Part shown: positions 39,086 to 49,031 of the stretch, one piece after another
Position numbering within the stretch: the first letter of the stretch is position 1
Layout: the number at the start of each line of letters is the position of its first letter
Origin: Nitrospinales bacterium
GTDB taxonomy: Bacteria; Nitrospinota; Nitrospinia; Nitrospinales; VA-1
Length of the DNA: 64,000 nucleotides
Assembly: GCA_965262115.1 (NCBI GenBank)
Contig: OZ253496.1
Location: 2,496,001-2,560,000 of the forward strand
Reading direction: 5' to 3'
The notes under the pieces: generated by a model
Told to the model about the DNA's origin: nothing
Seen by the model: only the letters and a program-made list of their open reading frames with translations
The model's database searches: none
Made by a program: the position numbers and the translations under genes

Positions 39086-39742
39086 ATGACCGAGAAAACG
39101 GTAGAAATAAAAATTTCCGGAAAAACCATCCAGGCCAGGGTCGGAGAAACCCTCGTGCATGCCCTTTGGGCGGCGGGAATGGCCGAAAGTGTCAAGGTTG
39201 GTTGCGCCGGAGGGGTCTGCGGGGCCTGCACCGTTACTTTACGTTATTCTGACGGCCAAACAGGAGGCACGGAACTGGCCTGCATGAAACCCGTGGAGGC
39301 CGGGATGGAAGTCTTCCCCTGTCCCGTTGATGCCGATGCCCCTGTGATACCGGTGGCCCAGCCGGAACTTTCCCATCTGCAATCGGCGTTTCCCACGCTA
39401 GACCGGTGTACCAAATGTGGAAGCTGTACCACTGCCTGCCCTATGTCTATCCCGGTGATGGACTCAGTTTTACGCATGCAAAAGGGCGAGTTCCAAGCGG
39501 TGGCGGAAGATTTTACCACCTGCATCCATTGCGGGCTCTGCCGGTTCGTGTGCGAAGACAAAGTCAAACCACATAATATGGGACTCTGGATACGCCGCTC
39601 TCTCGGCATGAGCCGGGATATTGCGATAGAAAAAACCGAGGTCAGTGTTGAACAGGAGTGGAAATATCTGCTGGATGAAAGCAGCGAACAGAGGCTTCAA
39701 AGAGCCCGACAATTTCGTAAGTCAGGGAGGATTGAGCCATGA
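39086..39742 (+). CDS. Iron-sulfur protein (2Fe-2S plus 2x4Fe-4S), fumarate-reductase B-like
   Basis: GCAGGVCGAC..LAC; CTKCGSCTTACP; CIHCGLCRFVC. Confidence 0.88.
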   Translation: MTEKTVEIKISGKTIQARVGETLVHALWAAGMAESVKVGCAGGVCGACTVTLRYSDGQTGGTELACMKPVEAGMEVFPCPVDADAPVIPVAQPELSHLQSAFPTLDRCTKCGSCTTACPMSIPVMDSVLRMQKGEFQAVAEDFTTCIHCGLCRFVCEDKVKPHNMGLWIRRSLGMSRDIAIEKTEVSVEQEWKYLLDESSEQRLQRARQFRKSGRIEP

Positions 39743-41295
39743 TGGAATGGGCGAAAGAGTCTCTGGAAAAGCTTGAAAGTTAGCGTCCGGCCCGGCTCAA
39801 TCAGTCCGCGCCCATTCCTGACTCAGCCCAGGCAGAGGAACTTCTCAAACAATACCATCCGGATTACCTGGGCCACGAGAGGCAGGTGACCGTTGGCCCC
39901 AACGCCGGGGACCAGAAATTTCCTTTAGAGCTTGCCCAATTATTGGAGGGCGACAGTCCTATCGAGTCGGGCTACGTTCCCAACCCTGAGATAGAAACCG
40001 ATGTTTTAATCATAGGAGGCGGCGGAGCCGGGGCGGCCGCGGCCCTGACCCTGGAAGGGTCAGGACTCACTGTTCATCTGGCCACCAAACTCAGGCTGGG
40101 CGATTCCAACACGGTGATGGCCGAAGGGGGTATTCAGTCTGCCCTCGGTCCTGACGACTCACCAAGGCGGCATTTTGCCGATGCCCTGGTCGGTGGGCAC
40201 GGCAAAAATGATCCGGACCTGTTGCGGATTCTTTGTGAACAGGGTCCCGAAAGCATTCGCTGGCTCAGTCAGCTTGGTTGTCTGTTTGATCAGAATGAGG
40301 ACGGACAGTTTCGCTTGCGCGGTGGCGGCGGGACTTCGGTGCCGCGCGTTTTAGCCTGCCGGGATTACACGGGTCTTGAAATTATGCGAGTGTTGAAAGA
40401 CGCGGTGCGCCTGACCAGCACCCGGTTACTGGAAGAACATGTGGCGATGGAACTGGTCGATGATGGCATGGGCCGGGTGACCGGCGCCATTTTATTTGAC
40501 CGCAATGCGGGAAGACCGGTCTGCGTTTCGGCGCGGACAGTGATTCTGGCTACTGGTGGCAGCGGACAGCTTCGCTTGCAGGGATTCCCCACCAGCAACC
40601 ATGTCGGTGCGACCGGTGATGGTCTGGTGCTTGCCTACCGACAGGGGTGCCGACTTGTTAATCTGGACAGTTATCAGTATCATCCTTCAGGCGCCTGCTA
40701 CCCGGAAGCCCTGGCCGGGCAGTTGGTGACTGAGGCGATCCGGTCGACCGGAGCCCAGGTGGTCAATGCCGAAGGCGTGCACTTTATTGACGAGATGGCT
40801 TACCGCGATGTGCTGGCCGGGGCCATCATCAAGGAAATTGCCGAAGGAAGAGGCGTGAAAACTCCGCATGGCAAATCAGGAGTGTGGCTCGATACCCCGA
40901 TGGTTGATTTGAAAAAAGGGGAGGGGACACTGGCTCGCCAGTTTCCCGGATTTATACACCGTTTTGAGCGTTATGATATTGACCCGGCGAAAACACCGAT
41001 TCTGATTTATCCCACACTGCATTATCAGAACGGTGGCATTCGGGTGGATTCGGAATGCAGGACCGATATCGGCGGGCTCTGGGCCGCGGGAGAAGTGACC
41101 GGCGGATTGCACGGTAAAAACCGCCTCATGGGAAACTCATTGCTGGATATCACCGTGTTCGGCCGGAGGTCGGCCCAATCGGTTCTCGACAATATTCCTG
41201 AACGGGGAGTTGTGACTCTCACCAACCTGCAACGGTTTCGTGCAGAACGAGCGAAGATAGAAAGTGAAACGGTATCTCCTAAATTTTTTCCATAG
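39739..41295 (+). pseudogene. Soluble fumarate reductase / L-aspartate oxidase-like flavoprotein with in-frame TAG at codon 15
   Basis: ATG 39739 (RBS GGAGG, overlaps the upstream stop), TAG 39781-39783, then the same frame with GGGGAG, SNTVMAEGG, QYHP, HYQNGG, RLMGNSL. Confidence 0.75.
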
Positions 41296-41402
41296 GCTTC
41301 GGGGATGAAACTGACCACAGCCAAAGTAGAAGAGAAGCCGGAGAAGGAAACCAACTCCAGTAGTTTTGAGCCGCCGAACCCCTTTAACTTTTAACCGTTC
41401 TT

Positions 41403-41972
41403 ATGATGGATTTCCTTTTCACCGCAGATGGACTCAAAATTTTCGTCTTCCTGGCAGTGGTACTCGCTCTGGTTTATGCCTGGCGAAGCAGGCAACATCG
41501 GCTAGCCGGAGATCCCCAGGTTGTGAAGGATCAGCTCAACCGGTTGGGAGCCGACTACACCGTCTTGTCTGATGTGGTGCTATCCGCCGAGTTGGGAATG
41601 ATGGATGTGAGTCATGTGGTGGTTTCGCCTTATGGAGTGTTTGTTCTGACTGTCAAAACCGAAGCGGGAAAAGTGACGGGACGGGAAGGGGATCGGGAGT
41701 GGAACATCAAATCGGCTAAGGATGTTTTGTATAACCCGTTATGGGAAAACCGCAAGCATGTCAATGCCTTGGAACAAGTCATCGGTTCGGTCTACTTCGT
41801 CCCCACCGTGGTGTTTACCCGGGCGATGTTAAAGGGAGAGTTTGGCATTCATGTTGTCCGACTTAAGGAATTGATCCCTTATATCGAGAAAAGCAAAACA
41901 CCCCGCTTGTCATCGGACAAGCGGGATGAAATAATACAAAAACTCCGCCGACCAGAGGTCGGCGGCAACTAG
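41403..41972 (+). CDS. NERD (nuclease-related domain) protein with N-terminal TM helix
   Basis: HVVVSPYGVFV..K..G, NPLWEN..H pattern; catalytic residues appear degenerate. Confidence 0.75.
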   Translation: MMDFLFTADGLKIFVFLAVVLALVYAWRSRQHRLAGDPQVVKDQLNRLGADYTVLSDVVLSAELGMMDVSHVVVSPYGVFVLTVKTEAGKVTGREGDREWNIKSAKDVLYNPLWENRKHVNALEQVIGSVYFVPTVVFTRAMLKGEFGIHVVRLKELIPYIEKSKTPRLSSDKRDEIIQKLRRPEVGGN

Positions 41973-42068
41973 CCTTGACTGTATCTGGCTAGAAAAGAGT
42001 TATCTCGGCTTAAATTGAGCAAGTGTTCGTCGAGGACGTTTGCCTGCAATCGAGAGCCATTGCAAGTT

Positions 42069-42108
42069 TACCTCGTTGGGGCACGAAATTGATGTTGAAG
42101 ATATCACG
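42069..42108 (-). repeat. GTGAT..GGGTA mini-element (40 bp)
   Basis: TACCTCGTTGGGGCACGAAATTGATGTTGAAGATATCACG. Confidence 0.8.
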
Positions 42109-42301
42109 CCTGGGCGGTGGTGTCTATATTGTTTGCCTGTGCCTGAAGGTATAGAGTGCTCTATGGCTTCCACGGCGGGCTGAATGAGAGAAACGGTCGC
42201 TTCACCTTCCTGTTTTTGGACATCTTGCGCTGTTTTTAAGGCCGTGGCATGAAACTGCGCGCTCACTCCTTGAGTTGCTCCGAAGTATTCACTGGTGTCA
42301 T
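42104..42301 (-). pseudogene. YjfB-like putative motility protein, frameshifted
   Basis: ALKTAQDVQKQEGEATVSLI...GTG/NNIDTTA with frameshifts at both ends. Confidence 0.55.
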
Positions 42302-42340
42302 AATGCGATTCCTTTCAAATAAGGTTACCCCCTATAGGGC

Positions 42341-42367
42341 TTACCGGCAGAAAGTTGAGAAACTTTA
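42341..42367 (-). promoter_or_regulatory. Sigma-28 promoter
   Basis: TAAAGTTT-N11-GCCGGTAA (consensus TAAAGTTT-N11-GCCGATAA) upstream of the yjfB-like relic. Confidence 0.7.
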
Positions 42368-42581
42368 GTGAAAAATAAATTTTTATTTTACTAAAAAACA
42401 ATGGTTTTGCGGTGTATTCCCCGATTGCAGGGCGAATCTTATAAAGCTTTGCGTTTTTATAGACTCGTTGCAGTCAAAATATTGAAAATGATAAATTCAG
42501 GCAGGTATTTTTTCGAAAAACGGAATAAATGCATTACAATGGCACTCATTCGTAGAATTAGAACTGGATGCAGGAGCAAAG

Positions 42582-43139
42582 ATGAAAAGGTTAATGATTT
42601 TGGCTGTAGCTTTATTGGGGTTTTCGGTTATGTTGAGCGGGTCTTCTTTGGCGGTATCCAAAGAGTACCTGTTTCCACCATCCACCTATAAACCCTCTTG
42701 TGATACTTCTAAAACAACGGTTTGTACGATAGAAATCTGGCTGGCCCACAAACATAAAAAGCAGAAGAAGGAGATTCGGGGTTTTTTGAAAGCCAAGACT
42801 ATTAAAGTATTGAACCACACTATCCAGTTCTGGAGGCCTAAAGGAGGGCACCCCCCGACAAATATTGCCATTGGCAGTGCTGTGAGCGCGGAAGACGCGC
42901 GCATGGTGATTGATTTTGCCTTGAAATATAACGATCGCGTGGACCTTCTGGTTTTGCGTCCGCTTAATCCGCCAAATTATGTAGCAATAGCCACTTCGGC
43001 CTGGGACGAACTATCGCAAATCCCCATCAATCCGGAGGATCTTGAAAAGTTGCGAGACCCAAAACTGACTACCGAAGAGTTCCATTCCCTTTACTATGAA
43101 CTCACCAATGAAGGGAACGTCCAGAATAAATTCTACTAA
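42582..43139 (+). CDS. Secreted hypothetical protein
   Basis: Signal peptide, RBS AGGAG. Confidence 0.75.
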   Translation: MKRLMILAVALLGFSVMLSGSSLAVSKEYLFPPSTYKPSCDTSKTTVCTIEIWLAHKHKKQKKEIRGFLKAKTIKVLNHTIQFWRPKGGHPPTNIAIGSAVSAEDARMVIDFALKYNDRVDLLVLRPLNPPNYVAIATSAWDELSQIPINPEDLEKLRDPKLTTEEFHSLYYELTNEGNVQNKFY

Positions 43140-43303
43140 CCCTCTACCGAGGGAGGCGATTGGCTCTACGCCTTCGGCGGTCGCGTTAGCGTCACCGCCC
43201 CATTGCCACCGGCGGCTACGCCGGGGGTTTGACAAACCGGGTCGGATTTGATAGAAGCTAAGCCTTTGAATTATAAAAAATTTTACTTTGTAGGAATGTG
43301 CCC

Positions 43304-43618
43304 ATGCTTGATTTAGCATTTGCCATGGCCCCTTCGCCAGATGGAGCGGGTCCAGGGGGAGGAAGTTTGCTGGCGTTGTTGCCGCCGATGATCATGATGT
43401 TCATGATCTTCTACTTTGTGCTCATCCGTCCCCAAAAGAAAAAACAGGATGAAGCACGTAAAATGATCGATGAATTGAAAGAGGGAGACACGGTTGTGAC
43501 CTTGAGCGGCATTCATGGAACCGTTAAGAAACTGAAAGAAGATACGATCATGCTGCAAATTGCCGACAATGTCAGGATCAGGATCAACCGCTCTTCCATC
43601 GGCACTAAAAAAGATTAA
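43304..43618 (+). CDS. yajC: Preprotein translocase subunit YajC
   Basis: FYFVLIRPQKKK, GDTVVTLSGIHG. Confidence 0.95.
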   Translation: MLDLAFAMAPSPDGAGPGGGSLLALLPPMIMMFMIFYFVLIRPQKKKQDEARKMIDELKEGDTVVTLSGIHGTVKKLKEDTIMLQIADNVRIRINRSSIGTKKD

Positions 43619-43641
43619 ATTGAGGCATGAAGTCTTAGACA

Positions 43642-45195
43642 ATGTATAGAGAACTTAAATGGAAATTTCCTTTGATACTCTTCGTAGTGTTGGGTGCGGT
43701 GTGGCTTGCCTATCCCCTGAAGGAAAAAATTTCCCTGGGGCTTGACTTGCAGGGAGGGATGCACCTCTTACTCGAGGTCAAGGTCGAAAAGGCGGTCGAA
43801 GCCAGCTTGGAAAGGTTAGAGGATGATATCAAACGAGGTATTGCCGAAGAAGATTTGGAAGTAGACCGCGTCAGAGCCACCTTTGCAGATCGACGAGTTA
43901 ATGTGCGGATGGTGGATGAACTGGATTTGCCGCCGGTGAAAGAGGTTATGCAAGGATATCATTTTTTCAGTCTGGTCAGTGAGGACTCCGATGGGCTTGG
44001 GCTGGTCTATCAGATGAGCGAGGATCAGGTTAAGCAGATTGAACAAAACGCGGTGAGCCAGGGGTTGGAAACGATCCGCAACCGGGTGGACCAGTTTGGG
44101 GTTTCGGAACCAACCATTCAGTCTCAGGGGGAAAAACGGATTCTGGTGCAGTTGCCTGGCGTGAAAGATCCAGAACGGGCCATCAACCTGATCGGAAAAA
44201 CCGCTCGCCTTGAATTCAAACTGTTGGACGAAGAAAACAGTCTGCAACAGGCGCTTCAAGGAAATGTTCCCGAAGAATCTGAAATTTTGTATCAAAGGGT
44301 AGAAAATAAGGAAACGGGTGGGGTCACCAAGGAGCCTTTCCTTATAAAGAAACGCACGGTTTTGACGGGCGAAACTTTGACGGGCGCAGAGATTCGATTT
44401 GATTCGGATTTTAATGAACCTTATGTCTCTTTGACTTTCAACAGCGTCGGCGCCATGATTTTTCAGCAGGTGACGCGTGAGAACATCAAAAAACGTCTGG
44501 CTATTGTTTTGGACGGCAATGTGTACTCGGCTCCGGTTATTCAGGATGAGATCGTGGGCGGACGGGCGCAGATCACGGGCCAGTTCACTTCAGAAGACGC
44601 GAGAGATCTGGCCATTGTCCTCAGGGCTGGTGCGCTTCCTGCGCCGGTGGTCATTCTCGAAAACAGGACGGTAGGACCCTCGTTGGGCCAGGATTCCATT
44701 AACAAGGGAATCACTTCCATTATTTATGGAGGCATTCTTGTTATCGCATTCATCGTTATTTATTACAAGTTGTCCGGCGTTATCGCGGTGACGGCGTTGT
44801 TCCTCAATATTGTTCTCCTGGCAGGGGCACTGGCTTATTTTGGCGCGGCTTTAACATTGCCGGGTATCGCGGGAATCATTCTCACTGTGGGTATGGCTAT
44901 TGATGCCAACGTGCTGGTGTTTGAGAGAATCCGCGAGGAAATAAAAATTGGCAAAACGGTGAGGGCCGCGATCGAAGCGGGTTTTTCCAAAGCCTTTCGC
45001 ACCATTGTTGACGCGAATATCACCACCTTTATTGCTGCGGTGGTTCTGTTTCAGTTTGGTACAGGCCCGATTAAAGGGTTCGCCATTACTTTATGTATAG
45101 GGATTGCGGCCAGCATGTTCACTGCAGTTTTTGTGAGCCGGGCTATTTTTGACGGGACCATGAGCCAGGTAAAACTGGATAAACTAAGCATCTAA
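43642..45195 (+). CDS. secD: Protein translocase subunit SecD
   Basis: LGLDLQGG, RVDQFGVSEP, DANVLVFERIREE. Confidence 0.97.
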   Translation: MYRELKWKFPLILFVVLGAVWLAYPLKEKISLGLDLQGGMHLLLEVKVEKAVEASLERLEDDIKRGIAEEDLEVDRVRATFADRRVNVRMVDELDLPPVKEVMQGYHFFSLVSEDSDGLGLVYQMSEDQVKQIEQNAVSQGLETIRNRVDQFGVSEPTIQSQGEKRILVQLPGVKDPERAINLIGKTARLEFKLLDEENSLQQALQGNVPEESEILYQRVENKETGGVTKEPFLIKKRTVLTGETLTGAEIRFDSDFNEPYVSLTFNSVGAMIFQQVTRENIKKRLAIVLDGNVYSAPVIQDEIVGGRAQITGQFTSEDARDLAIVLRAGALPAPVVILENRTVGPSLGQDSINKGITSIIYGGILVIAFIVIYYKLSGVIAVTALFLNIVLLAGALAYFGAALTLPGIAGIILTVGMAIDANVLVFERIREEIKIGKTVRAAIEAGFSKAFRTIVDANITTFIAAVVLFQFGTGPIKGFAITLCIGIAASMFTAVFVSRAIFDGTMSQVKLDKLSI

Positions 45196-45199
45196 ATAT

Positions 45200-46096
45200 A
45201 TGAGAATCATTAGTAGCGACACCCATTTCGACTTCATGGGTAAAACCAAAATGACCCTGACCATTTCAGGGTTGGTGATCCTGATCGGCTTGGGGTCCAT
45301 TGCCCTGTCCGGCGGGTTGAAGTTTGGCATCGACTTTTCCGGTGGAACCCTGATTCAATTACAGTTTAAAACTCCGCCGGATATAGAAGTGATTCGCGAT
45401 GGGTTGAAGACCATTGGCCTTGGCGAGAGCACGATTCAGGAGTTTGGAACGAAACGCGACATCCTCATTCGTGTACAACGTTCAGAGGAAAAACTGGAGG
45501 AGGTAGGTTCTCAGGTTCGCAACAGTCTGGGTGGAAAATTTAATAAGGCGGATATCACCATCGAAAGGGTCGAAATGGTGGGGCCGAAGGTGGGCCGTGA
45601 CTTGAGAGAAAAAGCCCTTCTTTCCATCTTGTACGCCATCATCGGTATTGTGATTTATATTTCCTGGCGCTTTGAGTTGCAGTATGCCATCGCCGCGATC
45701 ATTGCTCTAATTCATGATGTGCTGGTCACCATGGGCGCGTTTTCAATTTTGGATAAAGAATTCACCCTCGTGATTGTTGCCGCGTTTTTAGCCATCATCG
45801 GTTACTCCCTGAACGATACCATTGTCGTTTTTGACCGCATCCGGGAAAACAATCGCCGAAGAGGAAAAAACACGCTTGTTCAAACTATCAATGCCAGTAT
45901 CAATCAGACATTGAGCCGGACACTGCTCACTTCCGGAACAACGTTGATGGTGGTTATCGCCCTTTTTTTCTTTGGTGGAGAAATCATTCATGATTTTTCT
46001 TTTGCCCTGCTGGTAGGCGTCCTGGTCGGAACCTATTCCTCTATTTTTATCGCCAGCGTGTTTCTGGTTTACTGGGACTCTCGACGGCGAGCGTAA
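45200..46096 (+). CDS. secF: Protein translocase subunit SecF
   Basis: GIDFSGG, GYSLNDTIVVFDRIRE, GTYSSIFIA. Confidence 0.97.
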   Translation: MRIISSDTHFDFMGKTKMTLTISGLVILIGLGSIALSGGLKFGIDFSGGTLIQLQFKTPPDIEVIRDGLKTIGLGESTIQEFGTKRDILIRVQRSEEKLEEVGSQVRNSLGGKFNKADITIERVEMVGPKVGRDLREKALLSILYAIIGIVIYISWRFELQYAIAAIIALIHDVLVTMGAFSILDKEFTLVIVAAFLAIIGYSLNDTIVVFDRIRENNRRRGKNTLVQTINASINQTLSRTLLTSGTTLMVVIALFFFGGEIIHDFSFALLVGVLVGTYSSIFIASVFLVYWDSRRRA

Positions 46097-46413
46097 CCGG
46101 CGAGCCGCCGGTGGCAGTGTGATAGCTCGTTGAGCCGAGGGTATCGTTCTAGCTATCGTGATATTTGTAATATCCCCAACATTAGCCTTCATGCCCGGCA
46201 CGGGTACTTCCCAAGCTTTTACCCTTTCAGGGCGAGACCTTTGCATAAGTCGAAAAATCGAAGAATCGAGATGCTTCGACAAGCTCAGCATGACGATACT
46301 GGGCCATTTTGTCATTCTGAGGAACAAGGTGACGAAGAATCTCGACTTATGCAAAGCTCTCTTTCAGGGCATGAAGGCAAATAAAGAAATATCACACGTG
46401 CTCCGCAGGGGTA
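46096..46413. repeat. Composite repeat: palindrome 46096-46112, outer mini-element 46157-46413 containing inner copies 46166-46206 and 46220-46396
   Basis: Removing the inserts gives CGTGATATTCTTCCCAAGCTTTCGTGCTCCGCAGGGGTA (39 bp). Confidence 0.85.
46234..46361 (+). mobile_element. 128-bp MITE with 20-bp TIRs and 9-bp TSD
   Basis: TIRs GAGACCTTTGCATAAGTCGA and TCGACTTATGCAAAGCTCTC (19/20 match); TTTCAGGGC duplicated at 46225-46233 and 46362-46370. Confidence 0.92.
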
Positions 46414-46554
46414 AAACGATATACCCAGTTACCAACCGTTCAGCCTTGATAAGTTTCCCGCCAGTCTGAATTCATCTGTCCGTTGGAATCATTTGCAATC
46501 TTCTTTGAGCCCGTGCTACATTCAGATTTAAGCCTGCTAAAGAGAGTTTAATTA

Positions 46555-47295
46555 ATGAGTGTTTCCCCAAAACTTCAACTTCAGCAACTGATCCTTTTGC
46601 AGAACCTGGATGATGAGATTGGTGGGCATAAAAAACTACTCGCTGAAATTCCTGTTCAGTTAGATGCTGGTCGCGCGGAACTGGAAGATATAAAGAAAAT
46701 CCTTTCAATTGCTAAAGAAGAAATAGACACATTACAAAAAAATCGTAAGGCTATTGAGTCGGAGGTTCAGGGCGAAAATGACCATATGGCGAAAGCCAAG
46801 ACGAAACTAACAGCGGTAAAAACCAACAAGGAATACACCGCTATTCTTGCCGAGGTCGATGCGATTAAGGTAAAGGTTGCCGGGCTGGAAGATAAAGAAC
46901 TGGAAATCATGGAAGCCCTTGAAGAAAAGCAAAAGGAGATTCCGGGAGTCGAAAAAAATTTCAAGGAAGAGGACGCCCGCTTCCAGGAATACAAAACAAA
47001 AAAAGATGGTGAATTGAGCAGGATGAAGCAAGAGTTGGATGTCTTTATCGCCAAGCGTGAGACGCTAATGGAGCAGGTTGATAAAGTGTTAGTGCAACGC
47101 TATGAAAAAGTTGCGAAATCCCGCGAGGGCAGGGCGGTCGCCTTGTTGCAGGAAAATATTTGCCAGGGATGTTTCCAGCAGATTCTACCGCAGATGGTGA
47201 TAGACGTTAAAGTCGGTGAAAAAATCCAGCAATGCTCAAACTGCTTGAGTTTTTTATATTGGGAAGAAATTCCAGAAGCCGCAACGCCGAAGTAA
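46555..47295 (+). CDS. C4-type zinc ribbon coiled-coil protein (DUF164)
   Basis: L..LQNLD start, long coiled coil, CQGC..CSNC. Confidence 0.88.
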   Translation: MSVSPKLQLQQLILLQNLDDEIGGHKKLLAEIPVQLDAGRAELEDIKKILSIAKEEIDTLQKNRKAIESEVQGENDHMAKAKTKLTAVKTNKEYTAILAEVDAIKVKVAGLEDKELEIMEALEEKQKEIPGVEKNFKEEDARFQEYKTKKDGELSRMKQELDVFIAKRETLMEQVDKVLVQRYEKVAKSREGRAVALLQENICQGCFQQILPQMVIDVKVGEKIQQCSNCLSFLYWEEIPEAATPK

Positions 47296-47661
47296 ACCGG
47301 GTGATCGCTGTTTCGGCTTTATGGCCGGGAGAGAGGAAAGTCCGGGCTCCACAGGGCAGGATACTCCGTAACGCGGAGTGAGGGCGACCTTAAGGAAAGT
47401 GCCACAGAAAATACACGGCCTACCCGGCTCATGTCGGCGGCAAAGGTGAAAAGGCGAGGTAAGAGCTCACCAGTACCGTTGGTGACAGCGGTAGCTTGGT
47501 AAACCCTATCCGGAGCAAGATCAAATAGGAAAGTGCTTGAGGGCGGCCCGTCCGATACTTTCGGGTTGATTGCTTGAGCCTGCTGGCAACAGCAGGCCTA
47601 GATTAATGGTCACCACTTCATGCTTCATGAAGTACAAAACCCGGCTTATGGTTTACTTCGG
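47287..47661 (+). ncRNA. rnpB: RNase P RNA (class A)
   Basis: GAGGAAAGTCCGGGCTCC, AGTGCCACAGAAA, ACAAAACCCGGCTTA; P1 helix CCGAAGTAAACC/GGTTTACTTCGG. Confidence 0.97.
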
Positions 47662-48022
47662 CTACCCGGCCTGCTAGGCGCAGGGCCAAAATACAATAGC
47701 TTTTGTTTGCTGGCAAAGAGTTGTCTCGGCTTGAAGAGCAGTTGCTGTTTGTCTGTCCTGTGTTGTGCTACGTCACTTGCCTCCATGCCTAGAGGCTGGA
47801 GTCTCGTCATGTGGCTCCGAATTTGGGGTCTGGGAGTGCCACGCTGTGCAGGGCGTTGACGAGCAACACCATTATTGCCAGCAGGGTGATCGGTAGAATG
47901 TAATGGGAAACAGGTGGTCGGCGTAGCTGCTGGGGGCAAATAGCCATGACTTTCTATGCGTTCCCGTGTGCCCTACAGCTTGCAATAATATTTATGCCAC
48001 GAAGTGTGCTATAAAAGTCATA

Positions 48023-48994
48023 ATGAGTCCTGATCCTTCCCTAAAATTTCGGTGGGTGATTGTTGTTGTTTTGGGGCTGTACTTTATGGCTTCTCCCGCC
48101 TTGGCTGACACGTCTCACGTAACCAATTATTTTTCCACCAACTCGCTATTGAACAAAGACGAGTTCGTTTTCGAGAGCGCAGGTGAAGAACCGCTTTTGG
48201 CCGAAAACAGAACCTATTCCTCAGCTCTAAGAGAAAAAACAGAGCGGAGTAGTTTGCGCGGCAAAATAAAACTGGATAGCAACTACTTCAAAAGTATTTT
48301 CACGGATACCGGTTATTCCCTGACATCTCCCTGGCGCTGGGACAAGTTTGACTGGGCCACCGCTTCCATTATGGCGGGTGTCACCGGAGTATTTTTTGTT
48401 CTGGATGATGAGATCAAGGACGAGGTTCAAGGTAGCCGAAGCTCTACCACCGATGACTTGTCGGATATTTTTGAACCGTTTGACAATGGGGCTATTACCA
48501 TCCCCGTTTTGGCTGGACTTTATCTTTATGGCCGGTTTGGTGAGAATGATAAAATTGAACGAACCGCTTTGCTGGCCACTGAAAGTTTTTTGATCACGGG
48601 GTTGTTCGCTACGGTTTTAGAGGTGAGTATGGGACGGCACCAGCCTTCCAAGGGAAACTCCGCCGATACTTTTGATGGCCCCAGCACGAGCAACAAATCA
48701 TTTCCTTCCGGCCATTCCTCAACCGCCTTTGCCATTGCGACGGTGGTGGCCAGCGAATATGAACATATTCCTTTTATAGCCCCAATTTCCTACGGCATTG
48801 CTGCCATGACGGGTTTTTCTCGAATGAATGATAATAAACATTGGGCGTCAGATGTTGTTTTTGGCGCGGCACTGGGCTACTTCACCTCGAAAACCATCCT
48901 CAAGCTCCACAGCAACAAAAAAGACCGGCACTTCACCATCTATCCCCGCGCTGATCATAGAGGCGGCGGTTTGGTCTTGTCGCCCCGATTTTAA
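48023..48994 (+). CDS. PAP2-family phosphatase
   Basis: SFPSGH, SRMNDNKHWASDV; motif 1 degenerate (E..GRHQP). Confidence 0.85.
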   Translation: MSPDPSLKFRWVIVVVLGLYFMASPALADTSHVTNYFSTNSLLNKDEFVFESAGEEPLLAENRTYSSALREKTERSSLRGKIKLDSNYFKSIFTDTGYSLTSPWRWDKFDWATASIMAGVTGVFFVLDDEIKDEVQGSRSSTTDDLSDIFEPFDNGAITIPVLAGLYLYGRFGENDKIERTALLATESFLITGLFATVLEVSMGRHQPSKGNSADTFDGPSTSNKSFPSGHSSTAFAIATVVASEYEHIPFIAPISYGIAAMTGFSRMNDNKHWASDVVFGAALGYFTSKTILKLHSNKKDRHFTIYPRADHRGGGLVLSPRF

Positions 48995-49031
48995 GACAGA
49001 TCTGGAATGAAGTTTTAATTCGTGACAAGTG

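Noticed and set aside
39781..39783. Genome-wide amber recoding
   Set aside because: Many intact genes end in TAG, and the other premature stops are TAA
47620..47960. ORFs downstream of rnpB
   Set aside because: No recognisable product; at most a hydrophobic gene fragment
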